A stretch of DNA of 63,419 nucleotides, counting the filler. It is 6 parts of 6 records of this genome, joined end to end, with 100 filler letters (N's around TTAATTAATTAA, not from the genome) between each part and the next. Parts side by side here need not be neighbours in the genome. Positions count along the whole stretch, not along the records: positions 1 to 13,034 come from SRR31156797_11212; positions 13,135 to 23,315 come from SRR31156797_11217; 4 more parts are not named here. One strand, 5' to 3'. Under the pieces are notes generated by a model, which ran no database searches, was not told where the DNA came from, and saw only the letters and a program-made list of their open reading frames with translations. Below, piece by piece: positions 10,172 through 19,753 of this stretch (position 1 is its first letter; each line of letters opens with the position of its first letter). A program made the translations under genes and the position numbers.

Positions 10172-12838
10172 ATGGCACGTAAAGAGTTGGCCAAAGCCTA
10201 CGAACCGTGGGATGTCGAGGAAAAGTGGGAAAACCACTGGGAAGAAAACAAGACTTTTACGCCCGATCCCGAGGCTGAAGGCGATCCGTATTCCATCGTC
10301 ATTCCCCCGCCGAATGTTACCGGCGTGCTGCATATGGGGCACGCACTCAACCTGACCATTATGGATATCCTCTGTCGGTTCAATCGTCAGCAGGGCAAGA
10401 ATGTGTTGTGGGTTCCGGGTATGGACCATGCCGGTATCGCCACGCAGAACGTGGTTGAACGTCAGCTCAAGGAAGAAGGCCTCACCCGTCACGATCTCGG
10501 TCGTGAAAAGTTTATTGAGCGCGTCTGGGATTGGAAACAAGAAAAGGGCGACCATATCCTGAGCCAGATTCGCCGCATGGGCGCGTCTGTTGACTGGAGT
10601 CGTGAGTGCTTCACCTTTGACGATCAGCGCGCCAAGGCTGTCCGCAAAGTCTTTGTCGAGCTGTATGAACAAGGATTGATTTACAAGGGTGATTACATCA
10701 TCAACTGGTGTAACCGTTGTCATACCGCCTTGGCCGATGATGAAGTTGAACATGAGCCGAAACCCGGTAAGCTCCATCACGTTGAGTATAAGCTGGGCGA
10801 CGGTTCCGGCACATTGATCATCGCCACCACCCGTCCCGAGACCATGTTGGGTGATACGGCCATCGCGGTGAATCCCGAGGATGATCGTTTCAACCATCTG
10901 ATCGGCAAGACCGCTATTCTGCCCATTATTGGTCGTGAGTTGCCGATTATCGGTGACAAGTATGTCGACATCGAGTTCGGAACAGGTTGCCTCAAGGTGA
11001 CTCCGGCTCATGACATGAATGACTGGGAATTGGGTCGCAAGCATAACCTCGAAATCATTTCCGTGTTGAACGAGGACGGCATCGTTAACGAGAACGCCCC
11101 TGAGAGATATCAGGGTCTCGACACCGTGGCCGCTCGCAAGCTTATTCTCGAAGAACTCGAAAATCTTGGACAGCTGAAGTCCATTGAGGATCACGACCAC
11201 AAGGTCGGCGTCTGCTACCGTTGCAAATCCGTGATCGAGCCGCATGTTTCCACACAGTGGTTTGTGTCCATGAAGCCGTTGGCTGAAAAAGCCCGCGCAG
11301 CCGTGCCGTCCAAGACACAGATTTTCCCGGAACATTGGACCAAGACATACTACAACTGGTTGGACGAGATTCGTGACTGGTGTATCTCCCGTCAGATTTG
11401 GTGGGGACACCGCATCCCGGCCTGGACTTGCGAGGAGTGCGGCGAATTGACCGTGGCCATCGACGATCCGACTACCTGCTGCAAGTGCGGTTCTGCGAAT
11501 ATTGTTCGCGATGAAGACGTGCTCGATACGTGGTTTTCATCCGCTCTCTGGCCATTTTCGACCATGGGGTGGCCCGATGAGACTAAGGAGTTGGCGAAGT
11601 ATTATCCGACTTCCTGTCTGGTTACCGGCTTTGACATCCTGTTCTTCTGGGTTGCACGCATGATGATGATGGGTCTCCAGTTCATGGATGAAATCCCGTT
11701 CCATCATGTTTATATCCACGCCCTTGTCCGTGACGAAAAGGGTAAAAAGATGTCCAAGTCCACGGGCAATGTTATTGATCCGTTGGACATGATCGGAAAA
11801 TATGGTGCAGATGCCCTGCGTTTCACCCTGACGAGTTTTGCTGCCATGGGCCGCGATATCAAGCTCTCGGAGCAGCGTATTGAAGGCTACAAGCATTTCA
11901 TGAACAAGATTTGGAATGCTACCCGTTTCGCCATGATGAATCTGCCGGACGAAATTCCGGCAGTGGAATTGTCCGAAGCGGACGGTCTTGCAAACCAGTG
12001 GATTCTGCACCGTCTTGAAGAGGTCAAGAAATCCATTACCAAGGCCACCGAGGAATACAAATTCAACGAGATTGCTCAGATTCTCTACAAGTTCATCTGG
12101 AGCGAGTTCTGCGACTGGTATCTGGAAATGGTCAAGCCTGCGCTGTACGGCGAGGATGAAAAGGCCAAGGCTGTCACACAGAAAGTGTTGTGGACTGTTT
12201 TGTCCGAGATTATGGTTCTGCTTCATCCTGTGACACCGTTTATTACACAGGAAATTTGGTCCGTACTGCCCCGTCCGGCTGGCGATGATCGTTCCGAGGA
12301 TATCGCAACACTGCCGTTCCCGGACACTCGTGATGAGTGCCTGAATGATGCAGTCGTCAAGGAAATGGAACTCTTCATGGGTGTGGTCTCCGGTACCCGT
12401 AATATTCGTACCGAACTTTTGATCGAACCGGCCAAGAAGCTCGACCTGCTCATCAAGACCGTGTCTGACGAGGACAAGGCCGTGCTTGAGGCGAACGTCA
12501 ACCTGATTCAGTCACTTGCCCGTTTTGATACTGTGACTATTGGCCCGGACGTGAAAGCGCCCAAGGCTTCCGGCGCAGCCGTGGTACAGGGCAATGAATT
12601 GTCTGTCCCGTTGGAAGGCGTAGTGGATTTCGAATCTGAATTGGCTCGTCTGGACAAGAACATGGTCAAGCTTGAAAAGACTATGAAGGGCGTGTCCGGC
12701 AAGCTTTCCAATCCCGGCTTCGTGAACAACGCTCCCGAGGCGGTTGTCGAAGGTGAGAAAAAGAAGTTGGCTGAGATGGAAGAAGAAAAGACCAAGCTGT
12801 CCGAACTCAAAGCACGCCTCGAAAGCGTGATGGGATAA
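10172..12838 (+). CDS. valS: Valine--tRNA ligase
   Basis: PPPNVTGVLHMGH, WCISRQ, DTWFSS, KMSKS motifs, C-terminal coiled coil; AGGA RBS before ATG 10172. Confidence 0.98.
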   Translation: MARKELAKAYEPWDVEEKWENHWEENKTFTPDPEAEGDPYSIVIPPPNVTGVLHMGHALNLTIMDILCRFNRQQGKNVLWVPGMDHAGIATQNVVERQLKEEGLTRHDLGREKFIERVWDWKQEKGDHILSQIRRMGASVDWSRECFTFDDQRAKAVRKVFVELYEQGLIYKGDYIINWCNRCHTALADDEVEHEPKPGKLHHVEYKLGDGSGTLIIATTRPETMLGDTAIAVNPEDDRFNHLIGKTAILPIIGRELPIIGDKYVDIEFGTGCLKVTPAHDMNDWELGRKHNLEIISVLNEDGIVNENAPERYQGLDTVAARKLILEELENLGQLKSIEDHDHKVGVCYRCKSVIEPHVSTQWFVSMKPLAEKARAAVPSKTQIFPEHWTKTYYNWLDEIRDWCISRQIWWGHRIPAWTCEECGELTVAIDDPTTCCKCGSANIVRDEDVLDTWFSSALWPFSTMGWPDETKELAKYYPTSCLVTGFDILFFWVARMMMMGLQFMDEIPFHHVYIHALVRDEKGKKMSKSTGNVIDPLDMIGKYGADALRFTLTSFAAMGRDIKLSEQRIEGYKHFMNKIWNATRFAMMNLPDEIPAVELSEADGLANQWILHRLEEVKKSITKATEEYKFNEIAQILYKFIWSEFCDWYLEMVKPALYGEDEKAKAVTQKVLWTVLSEIMVLLHPVTPFITQEIWSVLPRPAGDDRSEDIATLPFPDTRDECLNDAVVKEMELFMGVVSGTRNIRTELLIEPAKKLDLLIKTVSDEDKAVLEANVNLIQSLARFDTVTIGPDVKAPKASGAAVVQGNELSVPLEGVVDFESELARLDKNMVKLEKTMKGVSGKLSNPGFVNNAPEAVVEGEKKKLAEMEEEKTKLSELKARLESVMG

Positions 12839-12948
12839 CGCAAACGACTGTGTTGATCCACAATATATAAACAGAAAATTAGACTCCCACTTCATTTCCA
12901 TTCTCGCGAAGCGCGATAAAAAGTTTGGGAAAAGGAGGGGATGGGGGT

Positions 12949-13015
12949 CTGGGTGAAGGGGAGGGAAAGCCCTTTTCAAAGGGTTTTTCTTCCCCTTCAC
13001 CCAGCCGCCGGAGGC
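12949..13015 (+). repeat. Extragenic palindromic (REP-like) element
   Basis: Long hairpin CTGGGTGAAGGGGAGGGAAAGCCCTTT-TC-AAAGGGTTTTTCTTCCCCTTCACCCAG followed by CCGCCGGAGGC. Confidence 0.7.
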
Positions 13016-13034
13016 AAACATCATGGCAAACGTG

Positions 13035-13134
13035 NNNNNNNNNNNNNNNNNNNNNNNNNNNNNNNNNNNNNNNNNNNNTTAATTAATTAANNNNNNNNNN
13101 NNNNNNNNNNNNNNNNNNNNNNNNNNNNNNNNNN
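13035..13134. other. Artificial contig spacer
   Basis: N run with central TTAATTAATTAA; sharp GC change across it. Confidence 0.99.
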
Positions 13135-13173
13135 CGTGAGAGGCCAGCGTCCTAACCGCTAGACTATGAGGGC
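13135..13173 (-). tRNA. tRNA-Glu(CTC), 5' half (contig edge)
   Basis: Reverse complement GCCCTCA TA GTCTAGCGGTTAGGAC G CTGGC CT CTC AC G: acceptor 5' strand, D arm, anticodon CTC. Confidence 0.85.
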
Positions 13174-13185
13174 CTACAACAAGCT

Positions 13186-13214
13186 ATTATATAGTTTAAT
13201 ACACGAAATGTCAA
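13186..13214 (-). promoter_or_regulatory. Sigma70/A promoter of tRNA-Glu
   Basis: TTGACA-17 nt-TATAAT, perfect consensus. Confidence 0.88.
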
Positions 13215-13660
13215 ACACAAATTTTACTCTATGTTCTGGATTTTCAAAACATGCGTTACACATTAAGCAGATACCCCCCTCCAGTACTGGAGAGGCGATT
13301 TTCTACCAAGAATAAGAAGAGGAAAGTTGTTATCCCATATAGTAATCATTATGATAATTTATAGGATTTTCAATAAATTTGATTGTTCGTTTCAACTCTT
13401 TCATTATAGTTCTCAATGTTATCATTGTATTCATCAAGTGCACCATAAACAACATTAAAAGGAGCATAATATGCTGGTAACAACCTAGTTATTTTTATGA
13501 TTAAAATAATTGTATCATAACCATGTAGTTATATAAATCCCTCATTAGTTTTATTAGGATTATATCATAATTTTTTAGTATAAAAATTTTTACACCAGAA
13601 ATTTAAAATAGTATTGTAAGTATCACAATTCCCGTTTATTAAGAGTAATTGAAAAAATAG

Positions 13661-13689
13661 TTGACAAAACTCTAATAATATAATAATAT
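13661..13689 (+). promoter_or_regulatory. Sigma70/A promoter of the tro operon
   Basis: TTGACA (13661)-17 nt-TAATAT. Confidence 0.6.
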
Positions 13690-13705
13690 ATAAATGAAAA
13701 TAAAG

Positions 13706-13721
13706 TTAAGGCATGCCTTAA
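13706..13721. promoter_or_regulatory. Probable DtxR/TroR operator
   Basis: Perfect 16-bp palindrome TTAAGGCATGCCTTAA between promoter and RBS of the regulator gene. Confidence 0.7.
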
Positions 13722-13732
13722 AAGGTGAAATT

Positions 13733-14404
13733 ATGAACAGAGCAGAAGAAGATTATATCAAAGCAATATGGATTATAAACGAGTCTAATCCTGATGACGA
13801 GTATGTTTCAAACTTATCATTAGCAGAAGCTGTAGGGAACACTCCGCAGTCAGCAAATGAGATGATTAAGAAATTAGCAGGTAAGAAGCTGCTGATTTAT
13901 AAGCCGTATAAAGGCACAGTACTGACAAATGAAGGTAACAGAATAGCAACTTCATTGATACGCAGACATAGACTTTGGGAATTATTCCTGATTGATGTTC
14001 TAGGATACACATGGGATAAAGTGCATGAAGAGGCTGAAAAATTGGAACATGTCGTATCTCCATTGTTTGAGGAGAAGCTATATAACTATTTAGGCAAGCC
14101 AAAATATTGTCCGCTTGGATATCCTATACCAGCATTGGATGGAACGTTTCCGAAGCAGAGAAATCTATCATTGAGTCAGGTGGAACTTAACAATAGCTAT
14201 CAAATAGTACGAGTAATTGATGACAAAGATTTTTTATTATATATAGATACATTGGAGCTAAAGCTGTTTGATATTTTTACAGTTGAAAACATTGATAACT
14301 TTAGTAATATCATTTCATTGAAAAAGGACAATAGACTAATACATTTAAGCAAAGATGCAGCAGGAAATATATTCGTAACCGAAATAGAAAATGGAGGAAA
14401 TTAA
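13733..14404 (+). CDS. DtxR/MntR/TroR-family metal-dependent repressor with C-terminal FeoA-like domain
   Basis: AEEDYIKAI, RRHRLWELFL, VHEEAEKLEH, CPLGYPIP; start moved to ATG 13733 (AAGGTG RBS). Confidence 0.92.
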   Translation: MNRAEEDYIKAIWIINESNPDDEYVSNLSLAEAVGNTPQSANEMIKKLAGKKLLIYKPYKGTVLTNEGNRIATSLIRRHRLWELFLIDVLGYTWDKVHEEAEKLEHVVSPLFEEKLYNYLGKPKYCPLGYPIPALDGTFPKQRNLSLSQVELNNSYQIVRVIDDKDFLLYIDTLELKLFDIFTVENIDNFSNIISLKKDNRLIHLSKDAAGNIFVTEIENGGN

Positions 14405-14405
14405 A

Positions 14406-15332
14406 ATGAAAAAAGCAATTTTTGTATTCGTATTCAGCATTCTTGTATTAATTGTTTCAGCATTTACAGGATGTGTACAGGAGGAACAGGACTCTGGAAA
14501 ATATACTATAGTTGCAACAACTACAATGCTTGCAGATATGGCTAATGAAATAGGTGGAGATTTGGTAGAAGTTATTTCATTGATGGGACCGGGAATTGAT
14601 CCTCATTTATATAACGCAAGTGCAGGGGATGTTGACAAAATGACCAGTGCAGACATGGTTGTATACAATGGACTTCACTTAGAAGGCAAGATGGGTGAGA
14701 TATTCGAAAATCTGGAAAATACAGATAAAATAATTGTTGAAATTGCAGACGGATTAGAAGAAAGCAATCTGTTAACTAACGAGGAAGCAGATGTCCATGA
14801 CCCTCATATCTGGTTTGATGTTAAACTGTGGAAAGAGGCTTCAAACAATCTTTATGAAGCGTTTATAGAAATGGATCCAGCAAATGAAGCAGTATACTCA
14901 CAAAACTATGAAGCTTTAAAAGCTGAACTAGATGAGCTTGATGAATACGTCAAAGAGCAGGCAAGTCTGGTACCAGAGAAGTCCCGTGTCTTGATTACAG
15001 CTCATGATGCATTCGGGTATTTTGGTAAGGCTTATGGATTTGAAGTAATGGGATTGCAGGGAATATCCACTGAATCTGAAGCAGGTACATCAGATGTAAC
15101 ACAATTGGCAAACTTCATTGTTGAAAATGAAATAAAAGCAATATTTGTTGAATCAAGTGTACCGAAGAAAAATGTTGAAGCATTGCAGGAAGCTGTAGCT
15201 GCACAGGGATTTAACGTCGAAATCGGCGGTGAGCTGTTTTCAGATTCATTAGGTTCAGCTGGTACAGCTGAGGAGACTTACGTAGGAACTGTAAAGCATA
15301 ATATTGATACAATTGTAGGTGCACTAAAGTAG
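14406..15332 (+). CDS. troA: Mn/Zn/Fe ABC transporter substrate-binding lipoprotein (TroA/MntA)
   Basis: Lipobox FTGC, DPHLY, DPHIWFD, TAHDAFGYFG, ELFSDSLG; GGAGG RBS. Confidence 0.92.
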   Translation: MKKAIFVFVFSILVLIVSAFTGCVQEEQDSGKYTIVATTTMLADMANEIGGDLVEVISLMGPGIDPHLYNASAGDVDKMTSADMVVYNGLHLEGKMGEIFENLENTDKIIVEIADGLEESNLLTNEEADVHDPHIWFDVKLWKEASNNLYEAFIEMDPANEAVYSQNYEALKAELDELDEYVKEQASLVPEKSRVLITAHDAFGYFGKAYGFEVMGLQGISTESEAGTSDVTQLANFIVENEIKAIFVESSVPKKNVEALQEAVAAQGFNVEIGGELFSDSLGSAGTAEETYVGTVKHNIDTIVGALK

Positions 15333-15347
15333 ATAAGAGGTACTAAT

Positions 15348-16088
15348 ATGTTAGATAAATATGAATATGTAGTAGATATTGAGGATATGACAGTTGCGTA
15401 TCAGGAAAAGCCTGTATTATGGGATATTGACTTAAAGATTCCTAAGGGAGTTTTGATGGCGATAGTAGGTCCTAATGGTGCAGGGAAATCAACTTTGATA
15501 AAAGCTGCATTAGAATTGGTTAAACCCATAACAGGAAAAGTACTGTTTAATGGTGAGAGTTATTTATCACAAAGGAAAAATATAGGCTACGTTCCTCAGA
15601 GGGGGAGCGTAGACTGGGATTTTCCAACAACTGTATTGGATGTAGTACTGATGGGGCGATATGGTCATGTAGGATGGATACGACGAACAGGCAAGAAGGA
15701 CAAAGAACTGGCTGTACAGGCACTTAAAAAAGTGGGTATGCTGGACTTCAAAAACAGGCAGATAAGTCAGCTAAGCGGAGGGCAGCAGCAGAGAGTTTTT
15801 TTGGCACGTGCTCTTGTACAGGATGCAGAGATATATTTTATGGATGAACCGTTTCAGGGAGTAGATGCAAAAACAGAAAAAGCTATAATTGAGCTGTTAA
15901 AGGATTTAAGTCAGAAAGGTAAGACAGTAATAGCTGTTCATCACGATTTGCAGACTGTTCCTGAATATTTTGACTGGGTGGCTTTACTGAATGCGAAGCT
16001 AATTGTTAGCGGTCCGGTTGATGAAATCTTTACAGAGGAAAATTTGCGCAAGACTTACCGCAGTACTGGTCAGCTGCTGGAAAGCTAG
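15348..16088 (+). CDS. troB: Metal ABC transporter ATPase
   Basis: [32 protein letters not shown]. Confidence 0.93.
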   Translation: MLDKYEYVVDIEDMTVAYQEKPVLWDIDLKIPKGVLMAIVGPNGAGKSTLIKAALELVKPITGKVLFNGESYLSQRKNIGYVPQRGSVDWDFPTTVLDVVLMGRYGHVGWIRRTGKKDKELAVQALKKVGMLDFKNRQISQLSGGQQQRVFLARALVQDAEIYFMDEPFQGVDAKTEKAIIELLKDLSQKGKTVIAVHHDLQTVPEYFDWVALLNAKLIVSGPVDEIFTEENLRKTYRSTGQLLES

Positions 16089-16096
16089 GTGATTTG

Positions 16097-17230
16097 ATGA
16101 ATATTTTTGAAATGCTTAGTACAGATTACACTCTGCGTCTTGTATCCTTTGGTTCTGCTTTAATCGGTATAATCAGCGGTGTAATAGGCAGCTTTGCAGT
16201 ACTGAAAAAACAAGGGCTTTTAGGCGACGCAGTTTCTCATGCAGCACTACCTGGCATTGCAGTAATGTTTGTTATACTGCAGAATAAAAATACAGAATTA
16301 TTCCTCCTAGGAGCTATTATATCAGGGCTTTTGGCAACATGGCTGATTAATACAATTGATAAGTACTCAAGAGTGAAATTTGACAGTGCAATGGCACTTA
16401 TATTATCTGCATTCTTCGGACTTGGTTTAGTACTGCTTACGTACATTCAAAAAATTCCAAATGCAAATCAGGCAGGTGTTTCAAAGTTCATTTTTGGTCA
16501 GGCATCTACAGTGCTTAGGCGGGATGTTAACCTGATTATTATAGTAGGTTTTGTGCTTATTATACTGACAATACTTTTCTGGAAAGAGCTAAAGATATTA
16601 ACATTTGATGCAGAGTTTGCAGAGAGTTTGGGTTTTCCGCAGAAGAGGCTTACATTTATTCTATCCAGCATGCTGGTTGTTGCAATAATAATCGGACTGC
16701 AGACTGTAGGCGTAATACTAATGAGTGCTATGTTGATTGCTCCCGGAGTAGCTGCAAGGCAGTGGACAAATAGGCTGAGTGTGATGGCTATTCTAGCTGG
16801 AATGTTTGGTGCAATAAGCGGATTTGTAGGAACATTTATTTCTTCATCTATTAGCCAAATGCCTACTGGTCCAAGTATAGTAATTGTTATTAGCATTATT
16901 GTAATTTTCAGCCTATTCTTTGCTCCCAATAGAGGCTTGGTGTGGAAAAGGATCAGGATAATTCGCAGCCGTCATAATCTAGGTGAAGACAGAGTATTGT
17001 TTAACTTATACAATCTGGCAATGAATCATAATGACAAATATCACAGTCATCCTGTAGCTGTAATTAAACCAATTGAATTTAGTGCAGGTAATAGTGACAA
17101 AAGAATTAATAGGATACTAAATGATTTAGAATCAAAAGGTTATGTAAAAAATGAAGTCTCTGATAAATGGTCACTAACAGATGAAGGATTTGAATACATT
17201 GGAAACCACCCATTAGGAAGGAGGTCATAA
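16097..17230 (+). CDS. troC: Metal ABC transporter permease with C-terminal wHTH-like tail
   Basis: GDAVSHAALPG, FIFGQA, ARQWT motifs; soluble tail ending LESKGYV...WSLTDEG. Confidence 0.9.
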   Translation: MNIFEMLSTDYTLRLVSFGSALIGIISGVIGSFAVLKKQGLLGDAVSHAALPGIAVMFVILQNKNTELFLLGAIISGLLATWLINTIDKYSRVKFDSAMALILSAFFGLGLVLLTYIQKIPNANQAGVSKFIFGQASTVLRRDVNLIIIVGFVLIILTILFWKELKILTFDAEFAESLGFPQKRLTFILSSMLVVAIIIGLQTVGVILMSAMLIAPGVAARQWTNRLSVMAILAGMFGAISGFVGTFISSSISQMPTGPSIVIVISIIVIFSLFFAPNRGLVWKRIRIIRSRHNLGEDRVLFNLYNLAMNHNDKYHSHPVAVIKPIEFSAGNSDKRINRILNDLESKGYVKNEVSDKWSLTDEGFEYIGNHPLGRRS

Positions 17231-17231
17231 T

Positions 17232-18356
17232 ATGAGTGCTCAACTAGAAATTCAATTAATCGCAATTGTTGTTGCAGTTGCTTGCAGTATACCAGGTGTA
17301 TTTTTGGTGCTAAGAAGAATGGCAATGATGACAGATGCAATTACTCATACAATTCTCCTTGGTATAGCCGGTGCATTCTTTTTGACTTATGATCTAAGTT
17401 CTCCGCTTCTGATTGTAGGAGCGGCTCTGGTTGGTTTATTAACGGTATATTTAACAGAAATATTAACTAAAACAAGGCTTGTGTCTGAGGACTCTGCAAT
17501 AGGAATAGTATTTCCGCTGCTATTTAGCACCGCTATAATAATCATCAGCAAGTTTGCTTCTAATGTACATTTGGATGTTGATTCAGTTCTTCTTGGCGAG
17601 CTGGCATTTGCACCATTTAACAGGCTAAATGTATTTGGAATCGATATAGGACCGAAGGCGCTGTACTCCATGGGAATAGTACTTATTATAAATCTTGTGT
17701 TGGCAATAGTGTTCTTCAAAGAACTTAAAATCAGCATTTTTGATGCTGGATTAGCCGCTTCTTTGGGATTCTCGCCAATACTAATACAGTATGGATTGAT
17801 GGCATCAGTGTCTGTAACTACAGTTGCAGCCTTTGAGGCAGTAGGTTCAATATTGGTAATTGCATTTATGATAGGACCACCTGTAACTGCATATTTATTA
17901 TCTGATGATTTGAGAAGGGTAGTTATATTGAGTACTGGCATTGGTGCATTGAATGCTATTATAGGATATTCTCTTGCTCGTTACTACGATGTTTCAATAG
18001 CAGGTTCAATGGCGGTAATGACAGGGATAACATTCCTGCTGGTTTTTGTATTTGCTCCTAAAAGAGGTATGATTACAATAGCCAGAAGACGACACTTACA
18101 GCGTATAGATTTTACTACGAAGTCAATACTTTTCCATATCTGCAACCACTCAGAAGATTATAATGCTTCTGTAGAGAATGGGATAGATACAATTTATGAG
18201 CATATTAATTACAGCAGAGACTATGTTGCTAAGCTGATGAAGAAGCTGATGGCAGATGGATTAGTATATATAGAAAATAATACCTATACTCTTACACAAA
18301 ACGGAAAAGTGTATGTGAAAGAAAGTTATGAAAAACTAGCAGGTATGGGTAATTGA
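17232..18356 (+). CDS. troD: Metal ABC transporter permease with C-terminal wHTH-like tail
   Basis: DAITHTILLG, VHLDVDSVLLGE, AFEAVG motifs; tail ending LMADGLV...YTLTQNG. Confidence 0.9.
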   Translation: MSAQLEIQLIAIVVAVACSIPGVFLVLRRMAMMTDAITHTILLGIAGAFFLTYDLSSPLLIVGAALVGLLTVYLTEILTKTRLVSEDSAIGIVFPLLFSTAIIIISKFASNVHLDVDSVLLGELAFAPFNRLNVFGIDIGPKALYSMGIVLIINLVLAIVFFKELKISIFDAGLAASLGFSPILIQYGLMASVSVTTVAAFEAVGSILVIAFMIGPPVTAYLLSDDLRRVVILSTGIGALNAIIGYSLARYYDVSIAGSMAVMTGITFLLVFVFAPKRGMITIARRRHLQRIDFTTKSILFHICNHSEDYNASVENGIDTIYEHINYSRDYVAKLMKKLMADGLVYIENNTYTLTQNGKVYVKESYEKLAGMGN

Positions 18357-18378
18357 TTCAGAATGAAAGGAGATAACT

Positions 18379-18957
18379 ATGAGATTTTTACCTGAATTTA
18401 GCCTAGGTCTGTTTAACGGATGGCTGCCATTTGTTTTATACGTTTTAGGATTTGGAATAACTATTTTTTCTTTCTCAAAAGAAGTGAGAGCAAGACTGTA
18501 CGATCGTTCACTATGGACAAGGAAGCAAAAGAGGCTGACAAAAACAGGCAAGCTATTCTCATTGTTTAACATGATTTTGTTTATTATTAGTCCGATTAAG
18601 ATAAATCAATGGGGATTTAGTATAGGCATTTTATTATATTGCTTGGGCTTTGCAGGACTAATTATCGCATTGTTTAACTATAAGAATACTCCTTTAGGTG
18701 AACCTGTAGTAAAAGGATTGTATAAATATTCAAGAAATCCTCAGATTGTTGGTATTTGGATATTATTTGCAGGTATATGTCTTATGATAGGATCTTATTT
18801 TATGATTATTATATTTATAGGGTCGCTGATATTCCTGCATAACTCTATACTGGCAGAGGAGGATTCCTGCAGACAGCAGTACGGTAAAGATTATGAAGAT
18901 TATTTGATAAAAGTACCTAGATATTTTGGTATTGTAAAGAGATCTAAGGCTGTGTAA
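18379..18957 (+). CDS. Isoprenylcysteine carboxyl/phospholipid methyltransferase-family membrane protein
   Basis: Hydrophobic; GLYKYSRNPQ, EE, YGKDY...VPRY motifs. Confidence 0.75.
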   Translation: MRFLPEFSLGLFNGWLPFVLYVLGFGITIFSFSKEVRARLYDRSLWTRKQKRLTKTGKLFSLFNMILFIISPIKINQWGFSIGILLYCLGFAGLIIALFNYKNTPLGEPVVKGLYKYSRNPQIVGIWILFAGICLMIGSYFMIIIFIGSLIFLHNSILAEEDSCRQQYGKDYEDYLIKVPRYFGIVKRSKAV

Positions 18958-18991
18958 TAAAATCTATTAAAAAATAAAAGAGATAAATAGT

Positions 18992-19753
18992 ATGAATATT
19001 TTAGAAATAAATGACCTGTGTGTAAAAGCAGGTGACAAACAATTAATAAAACATCTAAACCTTATAGTGCCCGAGGGGGAAGTACATGCTATCCTTGGTC
19101 AGAACGGAAGCGGTAAGACTTCTCTTATGATGACCATTATGGGCTTTTCTAATTACGAAGTTGGCAGCGGACAAATCATTTACAAAGGGCAGGATATAAC
19201 TCAGCTTGATGTGTATGAAAGAGCGAAATTAGGGATAGCTATTTCTCAGCAACGCCCTCCTACAATAGATGGTGTTAGGCTTGGCAGCATTTTAAAGTAC
19301 ATACTTAGAGATAATGATAAGGCGGAAGAAAAGATTGTTCAATTGGCTTCTGCTGCTGGAATGGATGGCTTTTTGGACAGATGTATAAATGACGGACTGT
19401 CTGGCGGTGAAATAAAAAAAGCAGAACTTTTGCAGCTGCTGGCAATGTCACCGGATTTTGCAATGCTGGATGAACCGGATTCCGGGGTTGATATTGAAGC
19501 ACTGAATTTGGTTGGTAAGATGATGAATGATTTATTCACTCCAGATAAGAACCAATCTGTAAAACGCAATTCAGGTATAATAATAACTCATACCGGAAAT
19601 ATACTAAAATACTTCCATATTGATAAAGCTCATATTATGCATAACGGCAGCATCGGATGCTCAGGTAATCCCTCTTTGATATTGGATACTGTAAGCGAAT
19701 GCGGCTATGAAAAATGCATTAACTGTATGAAAAAGGCAGGACAAAATGTGTAG
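18992..19753 (+). CDS. sufC: SufC-like ATPase (SMS-type SmsC)
   Basis: GEVHAILGQNGSGKT, LSGGEIK, LDEPDSGVD, IITHTG, C-terminal GYEKCINC. Confidence 0.88.
   Translation: MNILEINDLCVKAGDKQLIKHLNLIVPEGEVHAILGQNGSGKTSLMMTIMGFSNYEVGSGQIIYKGQDITQLDVYERAKLGIAISQQRPPTIDGVRLGSILKYILRDNDKAEEKIVQLASAAGMDGFLDRCINDGLSGGEIKKAELLQLLAMSPDFAMLDEPDSGVDIEALNLVGKMMNDLFTPDKNQSVKRNSGIIITHTGNILKYFHIDKAHIMHNGSIGCSGNPSLILDTVSECGYEKCINCMKKAGQNV

Noticed and set aside
10076-12226. Long antisense ORFs (444 aa, 229 aa) over valS, and similar ones over the aminopeptidase (27000-28232) and rplR/rpsE (40242-41294)
   Set aside because: Shadow frames of well-supported genes with biased codon usage; no motifs
12512-13024. 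170-aa minus ORF over the valS end and repeat
   Set aside because: Made of valS antisense plus the palindromic repeat; not a credible protein
13135-13700. tRNA-Glu as integration site for the tro/suf region
   Set aside because: The region lies 5' of the tRNA, with no integrase or duplicated tRNA 3' end
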